A stretch of DNA of 42,238 nt from positions 1 to 42,238 of IMG/VR virus record IMGVR_UViG_3300028400_000001. One strand, written 5' to 3'. The position numbers and the translations under genes are program-made. Origin of the DNA: a virus (lineage: Duplodnaviria > Caudoviricetes). The notes below the pieces were generated by a model. That model did not search any database. It was not told the origin of the DNA and saw nothing but the letters and a program-made list of their open reading frames with translations. Shown here piece after piece: positions 18,409 to 28,671 of the stretch (the stretch's first letter is position 1; each line of letters starts with the position of its first letter).

Positions 18409-18679
18409 GAAACTTCCCCGTGATAGCTGCCCAGGCTGCTCCTATCGCAAGCCCTATCCCAATTACCCATTTAACTGTTGTCCCTGTAATTGCTACAATT
18501 CTCACAAATCCTTTAGCACTTCTCCAAAGCTCAATCAATTCAAGTAAATCTCCATGAATCCTATCAAGCTTCTTATCAATAGCATCTATATGATGTACCT
18601 CATCATCCAAACGTCCAGTTAAACTTCTGATATCTTCTTCCACTGATGACAGCCTAGCATCAATTTCAGGTATATCCAC
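18401..18679 (-). CDS. Coiled-coil plus transmembrane protein (holin-like)
   Basis: N-terminal coiled coil; C-terminal hydrophobic helix WVIGIGLAIGAAWAAI. Confidence 0.55.
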   Translation of the reverse strand: MDIPEIDARLSSVEEDIRSLTGRLDDEVHHIDAIDKKLDRIHGDLLELIELWRSAKGFVRIVAITGTTVKWVIGIGLAIGAAWAAITGKFHG

Positions 18680-18734
18680 AACTTGTTTCCTTTTACTTTG
18701 AGATTAGTTGAATTAGTTGAATTAGCTAAATAGA

Positions 18735-19418
18735 TTAATCAACACTATGTACAAATGGATCTTTCCAGTAATCGGTCGGAGCTCCAACACTTGGCCCGGC
18801 AGCGCCAAAGAGATCCACATCCGGCCGCTCTGCATCTTCCCCAATAGCTTCATTGATTAACCTTGTATAAATCCTCCAATACTTCGTTCCATCTTCTGTA
18901 TTACGGAGAGATAAATGTCCCCAACTCGCCGCCAGCATAATGATAGCGTCGTCCTTCTCATTAAGGTCCGAGGCAACGTCACTACTTGAGGTAAAGGCTG
19001 TAGGCCAGAACGTCCTCCGCATCTTGATAGAATAAACTGCATCAGGGATTTTCCAAAGCTCCAACTGCCCTTTCCAATGAGTGTAGATAGTAGGCCTGCC
19101 TGTAGAGAGAGCCTCAGGGTAAGGGATATGCTTATCAAATTCCTTATACAAATATCCAGTTAGTTTCTTACTACTCGTCCCATCAATCAATACTACACTC
19201 CTCACCTTCCTCGTGTTGGAAGGGATGGAGATTGTTTTACTGTTTGCAGTTGTTGAAAGGGAGCTCTCTTCTTCAAGCTCCTCCCAACCATGAATTCTTG
19301 CTATCCTTGTCTGGGCAAGATTTAACCAGCGGATATACCTTGCATCCGTAATGTCATCTCGATTGGCGAAGAATCCTTTTAATTCTTCAACTAATTCTGA
19401 ACGGGTTAAAGTTCCCAT
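18735..19418 (-). CDS. Head-tail adaptor / tail tubular protein
   Basis: Follows capsid genes; WLN-x-AQ and GRP-x-x-Y...P motifs. Confidence 0.65.
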   Translation of the reverse strand: MGTLTRSELVEELKGFFANRDDITDARYIRWLNLAQTRIARIHGWEELEEESSLSTTANSKTISIPSNTRKVRSVVLIDGTSSKKLTGYLYKEFDKHIPYPEALSTGRPTIYTHWKGQLELWKIPDAVYSIKMRRTFWPTAFTSSSDVASDLNEKDDAIIMLAASWGHLSLRNTEDGTKYWRIYTRLINEAIGEDAERPDVDLFGAAGPSVGAPTDYWKDPFVHSVD

Positions 19419-19437
19419 AACTTTTATCTCTTTTTAG

Positions 19438-19485
19438 CAAAGAAAGAGAAAGGGAAAGGAGGAGGGGAGGGAAAATCTCCCCTCC
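19438..19485 (-). terminator. Terminator after the capsid genes
   Basis: GGAGGGGAG/CTCCCCTCC stem, then a pyrimidine/T tract on the minus strand. Confidence 0.6.
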
Positions 19486-19491
19486 ATCCAA

Positions 19492-19995
19492 TCAGAACGG
19501 GCAATCCAGCGCTACCAGCTTCGCAGAAGCATCGGTAGCGATTGCCAACGGAGCACTGGTGATAGTGTTCGGAGTGCCCTCACTCAAGACGAACTTGGTG
19601 AGAGTCTTATCCGTGCCACTCATCATCAGCAGATCTCCATCAGCAGGAGTGCCGGCAAGGGTTTGAAGTGCTGTAGCAGGACCCTTAATCTGAATCCAGC
19701 CATAGTACGACGTACCTGCCGTGCCCGTGACGCTACCTTGCAGCAACCCAGCGAGAACAGGATTGGAGTCTGCATCAGTTGCGTCGATTACAACAGTGTT
19801 AGTGTTGTGGCCAGTAGCAGCTGCATAAGCAACTGCATCACCAGCAGCACCAGCTACCGTTGCCGTGGAGTTAAGAATCTTAACCCACTTATAGACCTTA
19901 TTACCCTCAAAGCGAAGAGTGCCCAGACCTTCTTTATCTGTGGTCTCTACAGCAGTGAGAGGAGTAAGGTAAACACGCTTGAACCCACTAGCCAT
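19492..19995 (-). CDS. Capsid decoration/cement protein
   Basis: Directly after the capsid gene; A/G/T-rich; YYGWIQIKG motif. Confidence 0.65.
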   Translation of the reverse strand: MASGFKRVYLTPLTAVETTDKEGLGTLRFEGNKVYKWVKILNSTATVAGAAGDAVAYAAATGHNTNTVVIDATDADSNPVLAGLLQGSVTGTAGTSYYGWIQIKGPATALQTLAGTPADGDLLMMSGTDKTLTKFVLSEGTPNTITSAPLAIATDASAKLVALDCPF

Positions 19996-20011
19996 GATCT
20001 ATCCTCCTCTA

Positions 20012-20983
20012 TTAGGCAGTGTCGATGTTGTAGATAACACCCTGGCACCGCCGACGGGAGATAGTGAACGCACCGGCCAGCATAATCTGGGCAGCGCGGT
20101 CATTAGGCTGGTCAGGGATCGGCTTCCACTCAGTCATGTCGAAGAACATCATCGGATCATAAGTGAACGAGATGAAGTTCGTATTGAGGAAATACATCCT
20201 CGTATCGGCACAAGAGGGAGACCAGATCATAGGGATGCCCTTGAACGCAAGGTTCTGGAATCCCATATCTGCCAGCTTCCGGTCATAGGTGCGGTAGTAG
20301 TCGAGGTTCTCATCCTCGTACCACTCATAGGGGGTTTGACCAGTCAAGATAATATCCGGCGCATCCATCTTCAGGTTGTTCATAGTATTGTTCAACATAG
20401 TCCGCATGTTGGCAATACCATTAGTTGCGAAGGAAACTCCGGTCATGTTGGTAGACTGGTTACGCCACCAAGAGTAGGTGCTCTGGTCAATGTCTCCGAT
20501 GGAAGCAGAAGCAGTGGGATCATCAGCTACAAGATGCTGAAGACCATCAATACCATCATCAGTAGCTTCACCAGCGAACAGACGAGACTCGAGAGCAGAG
20601 ATGATCGAGTTCTTCGTATTCTCCAGCTTACTATTCATGAGGTTGATGATCTGGTTCTTACCACGGTTCTGCTGATCGTCAACACCAAAGCGAACGATGG
20701 AAGCAGCAAGGTACTTCCAATCGTACTTGGCAGTAGTCAAGAACTCGTAATCGTTCAGGGAAACAGTACCACCTTTCCCAATCCAGGTTACGTTGTCGTT
20801 CTTATCATACTGCAGTGGCTCAGTAAGGTACCGACCGCCAGCAACACTTTTCAGCTTCCCCTTATCCTTCAGCCAAAACCAGAAGGGGGAGGCATCAAAG
20901 ATCTGATCGCGGACAGTATCCTTCATGTTTTGCCACGTAGTAGTGTAGAGGTTGTCAAGAGCCTCTGTCAAAGTACGTGCCAT
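20012..20983 (-). CDS. Major capsid protein
   Basis: 323 aa after the scaffold; GF-x-NL-x-FKG-x-P, MYFLNT motifs; strongly biased codons. Confidence 0.88.
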   Translation of the reverse strand: MARTLTEALDNLYTTTWQNMKDTVRDQIFDASPFWFWLKDKGKLKSVAGGRYLTEPLQYDKNDNVTWIGKGGTVSLNDYEFLTTAKYDWKYLAASIVRFGVDDQQNRGKNQIINLMNSKLENTKNSIISALESRLFAGEATDDGIDGLQHLVADDPTASASIGDIDQSTYSWWRNQSTNMTGVSFATNGIANMRTMLNNTMNNLKMDAPDIILTGQTPYEWYEDENLDYYRTYDRKLADMGFQNLAFKGIPMIWSPSCADTRMYFLNTNFISFTYDPMMFFDMTEWKPIPDQPNDRAAQIMLAGAFTISRRRCQGVIYNIDTA

Positions 20984-21025
20984 GATTGATACTCCTAGTT
21001 AATGAACAGATGATTGATCTAACAC

Positions 21026-21901
21026 TTATCCATTGAGGGCTTCAAAGTCGATATCTGCCATAGCTTCATTCCAGGCATCCTCGACAGCCTCCTGAGGACT
21101 CATGTTTGTGGGCTTGCCCGTCTGTTGCCCACTTGTCGGAGTAAGGCCTCCGAACCCGCCCTTCGTCGATGGGTTAGCTCCAGCGTTGCCTGGAGAATTA
21201 GGTGCAGGAGATTGAGCAGGATTACCAGTGCGGTTGAGATTAGTGACATTGGAATTTTGCCCACCTTTCTCACCACTACCAGCATCACCTTGTGCCCCAC
21301 TCTCAAGGAGTTTCTGCTCAACCTCCTGCAATTTTTCAGGAGTTGCACTTGACTTGGCCAACTTGTACATATCAGCCAGAGCCATGTCGGGATACTTCTT
21401 CGCAATATCCCTAATTTCCTCCTTAAAGTAAACAAAATCAGGATGAGAGTCCTGCAAGTCCTTCAGCTCTTGCTTGAGAGAAGTCATGTCAACCTGCTCA
21501 GTGACAGTTCCCAACTGTTCGTTGAGCTGCTGTCCGAACCGGTTAAACATCCCTTGGACTTGTTGCAGGAGTACATCCATGAAGCCTCTACGATCGAGAG
21601 TCTCCAAGTCGATAGAGGAAGGGTCAAAGCTTTGACCTTGGTTGCCAGTTGGAGGAATTGCTCCACCATCTCCAGCTCCATCCCCTTCATCTCCCCCATC
21701 ATACATGGAACTTGCAAGCTTCTCATTCAGCTGAGTCAGCTGTTGCATGTTTTGAGAGAGGGTTTGAACACTACCTTGAACTGTGTTAAACCCCTCCGCA
21801 AGCTGTTGTACAATCCCTGCAAGATCAGCAACCTTTTTCTCAAGGTCATCTCCACCTTGCTTTGGATCTTGATTCTCGTTAGGATTAGAAAAACTAGGCA
21901 T
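21026..21901 (-). CDS. Scaffolding protein
   Basis: Acidic coiled coil with low-complexity tail, directly upstream of the capsid gene. Confidence 0.7.
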   Translation of the reverse strand: MPSFSNPNENQDPKQGGDDLEKKVADLAGIVQQLAEGFNTVQGSVQTLSQNMQQLTQLNEKLASSMYDGGDEGDGAGDGGAIPPTGNQGQSFDPSSIDLETLDRRGFMDVLLQQVQGMFNRFGQQLNEQLGTVTEQVDMTSLKQELKDLQDSHPDFVYFKEEIRDIAKKYPDMALADMYKLAKSSATPEKLQEVEQKLLESGAQGDAGSGEKGGQNSNVTNLNRTGNPAQSPAPNSPGNAGANPSTKGGFGGLTPTSGQQTGKPTNMSPQEAVEDAWNEAMADIDFEALNG

Positions 21902-22270
21902 TTACTTGTCCTCCGATTGTTTGTTTGAAGTTACAACACCTTTCATGAGCTCCTCAACACTTACCTTCTCCTCAATCTCCTTACCTCCCTCAGTTAGAGA
22001 TTGCTCTTCTTGGACAGCATCAGGAAGAGGTTGTTGATCTTTAACAGCTTCAACTTTCTCTTCCTCCTTCTTTTTCTTATCCTGCTCAATCCTCTGCTTC
22101 CTATTAAGCTCAATCCTTGCTTGCTTCACTTTCTTCTTAATTTGATTGTGGAGCTTTGCTAAGATGAAGTTATTTACATAACAGAGATTCTTCCCGGAGA
22201 TCTCCTTAATCTCGCGACCAACAACTTTGATCTTGATTTCGATTACTTCTTGATTAGTTTTACCAGCCAT
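21902..22270 (-). CDS. Hypothetical charged protein
   Basis: GAGG RBS; in-operon ORF. Confidence 0.6.
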   Translation of the reverse strand: MAGKTNQEVIEIKIKVVGREIKEISGKNLCYVNNFILAKLHNQIKKKVKQARIELNRKQRIEQDKKKKEEEKVEAVKDQQPLPDAVQEEQSLTEGGKEIEEKVSVEELMKGVVTSNKQSEDK

Positions 22271-22293
22271 TAGTTTGTCCTCTCGTTAACTAT

Positions 22294-22310
22294 TGTCCGA
22301 AATTTGGACA
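22294..22310. promoter_or_regulatory. Dispersed palindrome copy 4 (TGTCCGAAATTTGGACA)
   Basis: Exact reverse complement of copy 1; intergenic. Confidence 0.75.
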
Positions 22311-22314
22311 CCAC

Positions 22315-22575
22315 TCACATATCATCCAAGTAAGCACTACCCTTATTGTACTTCTCACAAGCCTCCTTCAACTGTCGCTTGTTCTTAATATAGATAGGCT
22401 TCGTGTCGAAGTGCTCATACCACCCTTCATGGAAAGGGATGTATCGAGGAGCAGTGATAATAGGATCGGCCTTTGTGCCACAAGTATCACAGATTTGCTC
22501 TCCTCTCTCATCCCACTTACAAAGCTTCTCAAACACCACATCACAAGAAGGACAATGGAAGTCATAAAGTGGCAT
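22315..22575 (-). CDS. FmdB-family zinc ribbon protein
   Basis: MPLYDFHC-x-x-C...C-x-x-CG. Confidence 0.8.
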   Translation of the reverse strand: MPLYDFHCPSCDVVFEKLCKWDERGEQICDTCGTKADPIITAPRYIPFHEGWYEHFDTKPIYIKNKRQLKEACEKYNKGSAYLDDM

Positions 22576-24302
22576 TACTTCTTACCTCCTGGGATAGCAG
22601 CCATATTAGCTCCAGCGCCCCCAGCGCCTGCTTGTTGGAACATCTGCATAGCTTGCTGAATACTCATCGGATTTTGCTGAGAACCAATAGTTCCAGGAGG
22701 AGGCAACATACTATCAAAAACAGTACCATGAAGTTCATGCAGGAGATACCTCCTCAGCTGGTGTTGGTCGATCATAGGATCTTGGTTTAGCATCTGGAAC
22801 ACTTGAACAGCTTTCTGCTGGCGCATTTGCTTAGTTTCAGGAACGGAAGTGTCTGGGTCGATATTGATCTCGTAAGAGCCATTTTTGAGGATCTCTGGCT
22901 TGAAGCGAATCCAGACAGGTACTCCATTCGGACCTATAATATTGACAACTTGTTCTTCATTCCAGTGAGAGAAGATAATATGATGGATATGCTCAATTAC
23001 ATCTACAAGCATATCTGCAATCATGTCTCTCCTCTCATCAACCCGAATCTCACTCGCCTGTCGAACGATGGTAGCCTCAGTAGCAGTAGTATCCCCACTC
23101 CCAGGCTTGTACTCTCCAAACTCATTTCTCGAGAATCCTACTGTCTCTCTAGCATCGGTCACCGTCGCCTCAAATGCAGCAAAGAGATCGTTGGGGATGT
23201 TGCTCCCTTCGTGGAATCTAATATCTGCATTGGGATCTCCGTCCATTTCAATAACTGGAAGGACGTCCTCACTAACCATCTTCAACGCCTCAGTGAGAGG
23301 GATAGCATTTTTCTTGGCGAAGATTTTAGCTATACTCAACCGCCGATGCTTCATAATCATCGTACGAGTTTCATTCAACTCAAGCTGGATGGGCTCTAGG
23401 ATATGGGAGTCAGGAACTCCCCAGAACACATCATCATCTTCGTTGAACACTATTGGGTAAAAGCTCAATCTCCCTCTAAATTGAAGATCATCATCACCAT
23501 CAAAGAGAATCTTATCTGTTGCATAGGGAGCGATTACAAACACTCTCCGAGTTTTCTTGTCTCGAATCTCGAACAGGTCAAGCATCTCTTCAGGCACAGA
23601 GCCAGATTGTTGCTCCTTATTCGCACCAGTGGTAGTGCTAGTACTCAACCCTGTAGTTGTACCACCAGAGATTGAGCTGACATTCTTGAATCGAGGATCC
23701 TCTTTAACATCAGCAAGCGGTCTCCGAATCCAGTGAATAGCATAGCGAGAGTCTTGAAAACGCATCAACCCTGGAGGAACAATAAATGCTCCAGGATGAG
23801 TGCGCAAGAACCAAGGCATATTCGCTATTACGTTCTGGTTATACTCAAAGGTAGTATTATTCTTCCCATATGGGCCTTGAGTGTCGAGCTCATTAGGGGA
23901 GGGAGTGAACTCCGCACCATAGCCGAGCTTCCCAACGCCTGTCCCAAACATAAAGGCGTCTTGGACAATGGACTTAATTTGCTGCTTAAGCTTCATCCTC
24001 TTGATGAGCTTATTATCAATCCTCTCAAGAAGTTGAGCAAAGAGCAAATGCTCAATCCCTGGTTTGGCTGGAGTGATAGAAACGCTTGGATTACGAAAGT
24101 AGATGCGAGGAACAATCGTCCTCATCATCTTGAAGAAGATATTAGATGGGAGAATACCTCCCTTCCAATTCCCTCTATAATACTGCCGCCAAGCATCCCA
24201 ACGCTTCTCATGAGCATACTTCTGCCGAAACTTAATCCCGGCGTCGATCTGAGTACGCCACCAGGAGATATCTGGCTTCCCATTCAGGTATCCATTACTC
24301 AT
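22575..24302 (-). CDS. Portal protein
   Basis: About 575 aa between terminase and scaffold; TATEA motif; Q-rich tail; ATG at 24302 overlaps the upstream stop (ATGA). Confidence 0.85.
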   Translation of the reverse strand: MSNGYLNGKPDISWWRTQIDAGIKFRQKYAHEKRWDAWRQYYRGNWKGGILPSNIFFKMMRTIVPRIYFRNPSVSITPAKPGIEHLLFAQLLERIDNKLIKRMKLKQQIKSIVQDAFMFGTGVGKLGYGAEFTPSPNELDTQGPYGKNNTTFEYNQNVIANMPWFLRTHPGAFIVPPGLMRFQDSRYAIHWIRRPLADVKEDPRFKNVSSISGGTTTGLSTSTTTGANKEQQSGSVPEEMLDLFEIRDKKTRRVFVIAPYATDKILFDGDDDLQFRGRLSFYPIVFNEDDDVFWGVPDSHILEPIQLELNETRTMIMKHRRLSIAKIFAKKNAIPLTEALKMVSEDVLPVIEMDGDPNADIRFHEGSNIPNDLFAAFEATVTDARETVGFSRNEFGEYKPGSGDTTATEATIVRQASEIRVDERRDMIADMLVDVIEHIHHIIFSHWNEEQVVNIIGPNGVPVWIRFKPEILKNGSYEINIDPDTSVPETKQMRQQKAVQVFQMLNQDPMIDQHQLRRYLLHELHGTVFDSMLPPPGTIGSQQNPMSIQQAMQMFQQAGAGGAGANMAAIPGGKK

Positions 24303-25546
24303 CTCAACCACCCCCAAGATTGGAGCTGTTTAATATCACTCTTCACTCTATCTCCTATATCCTTCCGATACTGTGCATCGAGGATGGTTAGATTTTCAAT
24401 AGTCCTATAAACACGGTTTTGAGCTTCTTTAACTTCCCTCCCCCTCGCTGTAACCTTCATCAATACTCCATCTCCTGCTGCATAATAGTGTTTCCCTTCT
24501 CCATCCATGTAGATGTCAGTGAAGAAGATATGCTTGTGGTTCTGTTCGTTTATACCAAGGATAGGGAGGCCAGCATCTTCTCTCTCAGGCTCATCATGAG
24601 GGAAAGGAGGAATGCTAACCCTCACAGCAATCATATAGTCCTCAGTAATGTCCATCTCTTTCTTCACACCGATAGCTGTTTCAAAGAAGAGATCAGTTGC
24701 TGGTTCCTTCAGCCCTTCCAACAACGCCTCAATAGCATCATAGCCAAGGCGAGCAGTGAACTCAAGAGCAAAAGCAGATTCCTCATTCACGATGCAGTTA
24801 ATATCAATCGGACCTCGGTAGCTGATCTTCTTGAGAAATGGGGTTACTCGTTTAATGGTTGAGTTAATCAACCGATCTCCAGTTGAGGTAACAACTACAT
24901 TCCCCATACAACCAGTATTTGCCCCCTTTCCTCCTTCCATGAACCTCTTCTCTTCAAAGGTATGATTAAAGGGAGTAATCCAATCTCTCCCATTAAACCA
25001 ACCTTCTGTGCTAACCTCTATCCCTTCCTCAATCTTCTGAACAATGAGAGGAGTGTTAGCTGGAAGTTTATCCAATGCCCATAGATAAAGTTCCGGATCC
25101 TTACATACATGAGTACTAGCAGTATCCAAATTCCCACTCGGCTTGATAACGAAACCAGGATCTTCCCAAATGTCAGCAATTTGTTTAGCTTCTTCTTTCC
25201 CTTTGAAAGAGTAGGTTTCAGGAATTGAGATACCAACCCGTTCAAAAAGTTCAATCCCCTTTCCTCGGTCAAGTTCCAAGAGGTCCGCAACCTTACTGCA
25301 ACCAAATACAACTTTCCCCATACGTCTGAAAAGATCTTCATACTTCCCAAACCCTACCATGTCACAGATGATAAGATCGGACCACGGGATGTGAGGGCGA
25401 AAGGATGGAACCCTCTCCACCAGCCCTCTCGCAGTGAGGGGGAATTGTTTGCTTTGGATGAACAACCTAACATCATTCCCTTCCAGCTTGAGTTTGTGTG
25501 CAACTCCAACACCATCACCATCCTTAGATAAAAATAAAATCCGCAT
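24299..25546 (-). CDS. purD: PurD (phosphoribosylamine-glycine ligase)-like ATP-grasp enzyme
   Basis: VIKP, GIEVS, EKRF-x-x-G-x-x-GANTGCMG (cf. GPNTGGMG), YRG, LEFTARLG, YRKDIG; the N-terminal G-x-GGRE motif is missing. Confidence 0.8.
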   Translation of the reverse strand: MRILFLSKDGDGVGVAHKLKLEGNDVRLFIQSKQFPLTARGLVERVPSFRPHIPWSDLIICDMVGFGKYEDLFRRMGKVVFGCSKVADLLELDRGKGIELFERVGISIPETYSFKGKEEAKQIADIWEDPGFVIKPSGNLDTASTHVCKDPELYLWALDKLPANTPLIVQKIEEGIEVSTEGWFNGRDWITPFNHTFEEKRFMEGGKGANTGCMGNVVVTSTGDRLINSTIKRVTPFLKKISYRGPIDINCIVNEESAFALEFTARLGYDAIEALLEGLKEPATDLFFETAIGVKKEMDITEDYMIAVRVSIPPFPHDEPEREDAGLPILGINEQNHKHIFFTDIYMDGEGKHYYAAGDGVLMKVTARGREVKEAQNRVYRTIENLTILDAQYRKDIGDRVKSDIKQLQSWGWLR

Positions 25547-27176
25547 TGATTACCTCTCTTTCTCCGTCGTGAGTGTCTTGTTCCGTAGCGAACTGAGGGC
25601 GAATTGGGAAGCTTTGTTCCCTGCCATGAAGTTCCTTAATTATCGACTCCAAGGAGAATGGATCGTTCTCCATTGTAGGGAGGAAGGTTACGTTGGTGGA
25701 GGAGGAGATTAGCGCCCTCTCCAGACCCACCACGACCATAGCCATAGCCATAACCCTATCATCATGGCTACCAACTTCCGCGCCCATTTTACCATTTTCA
25801 TCTTCCACAAATGAATCCATCTCATCCTTCAAATCAGGAGAGTGAATTGTTAGCCTATCTTCATCATGCTTATATTTGTTAGTTAGCTTCCTCAACTCGC
25901 CAATGGCGTAAGGTTTGCTCTTGACGCTAGTACGGAAGCCATAGTCAGTTATCTTATCTACATCTTCACGCAACCCACTCCCTTTCCTTGGACGTTTGTA
26001 GATGAGATGGTTAGGGTAAACCTTGAGGAGTTCCGAGATAGTAACAATGCCGTGGTTGTTGTTCTCAGGGATAATGTAGGCCTTGTTGAACTTCTCTCCA
26101 AGCTCTGCCAACTTCACCCCAAACTCATCTGGAGGGATTGAATTGTCGGCGTACTCTCCAACCTGCTCCATTGAGTTGAGGCAGATAATCTGCGCAACTG
26201 AGTTGTCCTGCCCCACACCTGCACCAACGTCAGCACCTATTGCGTAGGAGAATCGATAGTCCGGGTGGCCCTTGAGGATGTGAAGAGTACGTTCAACACG
26301 TTCCCAATTCTTTGTTTCCTCATAATCTACATTGGTGAATAGGGAATACCCCGTGGCCTGGAAACACTCAGCCAGAGTCATAGGATATTCCTGGGCAAAG
26401 AGCTTCAAGTCGTAATCGAGCTCCTCAAGCGTATCTCTCCTCCAAGCGATTTGGTTGAGAGTTAGGCCATACTTTTCAATAAGCTCAAGCTCATTCCAAT
26501 CAGGGTTTAGATTGTTGAGGAGTTGTTCCTCTTGCTCTGGAGTTAGCTCCTTTTGATATTCCTCAAATGTGTGCCAAGGGAGGAAGTGGAGCTTGTACTG
26601 CGACAACCCAGATTGAGCCCTCATGCAGAGTTTGTGATACCAATTCCCTTGCCCATTCCCAGTGCTCTCAATTCCAATCTCTCCACTCTTTGGCACCGCT
26701 TGGAAGAGGCCAGCGGTTAGAGTTTTAGGGTCCGGCCAATAAGCGACCTCCGAACAGTGGAGGAAGTTGATAGTATCACCACGACCAAACTTCTTTGCCC
26801 CAGCCGTCCCGATGTAGAGCATAGAGTCCATCTTCGGGAATGTGATAGCGTTGGCACTCATGCTTTTGATAACTGGTTTCGGCCCTCTCATGTGTTTAAT
26901 CATGTACTGGACCTTTTGAAGCATACGTTGAGTTGCCTTTTCCTCATGAGAGATAATAACAGCACGAGTATTGCGTTTGCTTAAACATTTGGCAAGGGCG
27001 CGAGCGAGGTAATAAGAAGAAACCCCTTCCTGACGAGCTTTAGGAATTACATCCCTCCCTGTTAAATTGTTGTCAATCTCAGCCTGAGCGGAGTTAAGGA
27101 TGAAAGGAACATCATTCCCATCCTTATCAGCAATCATAAACATGCTTTCAATTATTGCCCGCTCGAGAGTAGCCAT
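25524..27176 (-). CDS. terL: Terminase large subunit
   Basis: KARQEGVS, LHCSEVAYW, ESTGNG, QEYP, GADV, HDDRVMA. Confidence 0.95.
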   Translation of the reverse strand: MATLERAIIESMFMIADKDGNDVPFILNSAQAEIDNNLTGRDVIPKARQEGVSSYYLARALAKCLSKRNTRAVIISHEEKATQRMLQKVQYMIKHMRGPKPVIKSMSANAITFPKMDSMLYIGTAGAKKFGRGDTINFLHCSEVAYWPDPKTLTAGLFQAVPKSGEIGIESTGNGQGNWYHKLCMRAQSGLSQYKLHFLPWHTFEEYQKELTPEQEEQLLNNLNPDWNELELIEKYGLTLNQIAWRRDTLEELDYDLKLFAQEYPMTLAECFQATGYSLFTNVDYEETKNWERVERTLHILKGHPDYRFSYAIGADVGAGVGQDNSVAQIICLNSMEQVGEYADNSIPPDEFGVKLAELGEKFNKAYIIPENNNHGIVTISELLKVYPNHLIYKRPRKGSGLREDVDKITDYGFRTSVKSKPYAIGELRKLTNKYKHDEDRLTIHSPDLKDEMDSFVEDENGKMGAEVGSHDDRVMAMAMVVVGLERALISSSTNVTFLPTMENDPFSLESIIKELHGREQSFPIRPQFATEQDTHDGEREVINADFIFI

Positions 27177-27186
27177 TACACTTTAC

Positions 27187-28671
27187 CTAACTCACATCTC
27201 TATCAATATCCCACTCTTCAAACACTACCTTCTGCTCGATTGTCTCTTCAGTTGTTCTCCAGAGATTTTGAATAACTGGATTAACTCCATCCCAAACTGT
27301 TAAACTCTGACCAATGAATCTCTGCATTGTCCCTGCGTCAATGTGAGTTATCTCAGAGAGTTTAATAGTTTGGCCAAGGAATTGAGAGAATGCTCCAACT
27401 GAAACAATAACAATGTCAGTGCTACCAACAGTTAAATCTTGTCCAATAAAGGCTGCCCATGTTGCGTTACCAATATTAACTGTATCGAACAGTGTATACT
27501 GCTCTGGAACAATCTGTGCCCAAACTCCAGCTGGGATTGTAAGGAGTTCACTTAATTGGATAGTACTTCCAGTAAATACTCCCCAGCTTCCAGCTGTTAT
27601 ATGGAGGAGTTCAGAGAGGGAGAGAGATCCTCCAGAGAATGTAGAGAAAGTTCCAGTTGTAACAGTTACAGTGTCAGTACCTCCAGATGCAACGTATTCA
27701 TCTGCGCCAATATCTGATGTTGTCCCTGAGGGACGAGTATCACCTTCCCCGTCTGTATCAACTGAAAGATTCGGGTCGGATGATAAATCTGTTCCGGCAT
27801 CTACAGCATCATCGGTGCTGAGAAGGTGAAAGTCATCATTAGCGGCATCAGAGAATGAGACAGTGGCATTCGTTATGCTATTGGTGCCAGGTGCCGAAGC
27901 GTCGCTCGACATGCAATAATCAATATCAAGCGACCCGCCGTTATAAAAATCTGTTCCATTTGATATGGCTAACAGATTTCTAATGTATCCTGTGCCGTCA
28001 GCATCGTTTCTAAGATAGACGCCGTATGTATTATTGCTATAAGCAGTGTTATGGGCAAAATAACTTGCTGCTGTTCCAGAATTTGATTTGATATAATATC
28101 CGTAATCCCAATTAGCAGCAGTAGTGTTGTATATCTTCAGTCCGCTTTTGAAATCGCAATAATAGGCATATGCCTCTGTCCCGCCAATATCTGTTCCACT
28201 CTTTGAATAGACCAGACAGTTCCTTGCAGTACAGTAATCATCCGCTAATGTGATGCCATAGCAATATGGGTAACTGACCGGATCGGGGTTTGTGAACGCT
28301 ACCTGTATTCCCTCGAAAGTAACGTAAGGATCGAGAGCACGAACAACGTAACTAAACGATGCGGCAGCAGTATGATCTACCCAATAAGCGTTTGCTTGGT
28401 TCTTGGCAATGCCGTCGTTGTTGCCAGAAAACAGGATATCGTTTCCAGATCCTGTCACCCATCCGTTAATTGTAAATGCACCGTCTGCTACGCCACTTGG
28501 GGCGCTTGCATAGACAACATGATTATCTCCTGCCGTTACAAGATCAGTTTCTTCTGCTGCCTCCCACTCACTCGCAGACGCATAGGCGCGATCTGTGCCT
28601 GACGTGGCATTGGTTATTCCTGTGCCGCCTGGTGTCGAGTCCGTATTGATATATCGCGTAATCTGTGCCAT
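27187..28671 (-). CDS. Tailspike-like right-handed beta-helix virion protein
   Basis: Repeated N/G/Y-rich beta-helix coils; DFHL...VDAG...DIGADE motif; repetitive C-terminus. Confidence 0.6.
   Translation of the reverse strand: MAQITRYINTDSTPGGTGITNATSGTDRAYASASEWEAAEETDLVTAGDNHVVYASAPSGVADGAFTINGWVTGSGNDILFSGNNDGIAKNQANAYWVDHTAAASFSYVVRALDPYVTFEGIQVAFTNPDPVSYPYCYGITLADDYCTARNCLVYSKSGTDIGGTEAYAYYCDFKSGLKIYNTTAANWDYGYYIKSNSGTAASYFAHNTAYSNNTYGVYLRNDADGTGYIRNLLAISNGTDFYNGGSLDIDYCMSSDASAPGTNSITNATVSFSDAANDDFHLLSTDDAVDAGTDLSSDPNLSVDTDGEGDTRPSGTTSDIGADEYVASGGTDTVTVTTGTFSTFSGGSLSLSELLHITAGSWGVFTGSTIQLSELLTIPAGVWAQIVPEQYTLFDTVNIGNATWAAFIGQDLTVGSTDIVIVSVGAFSQFLGQTIKLSEITHIDAGTMQRFIGQSLTVWDGVNPVIQNLWRTTEETIEQKVVFEEWDIDRDVS

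Noticed and set aside
19979-20989. 336-aa ORF antisense to the capsid gene
   Set aside because: Shadow of the biased capsid codons; no RBS or motif support
24299-25546. Z-genome (PurZ) pathway
   Set aside because: The enzyme is PurD/ATP-grasp-like, not PurA/PurZ-like; no DatZ or MazZ recognised
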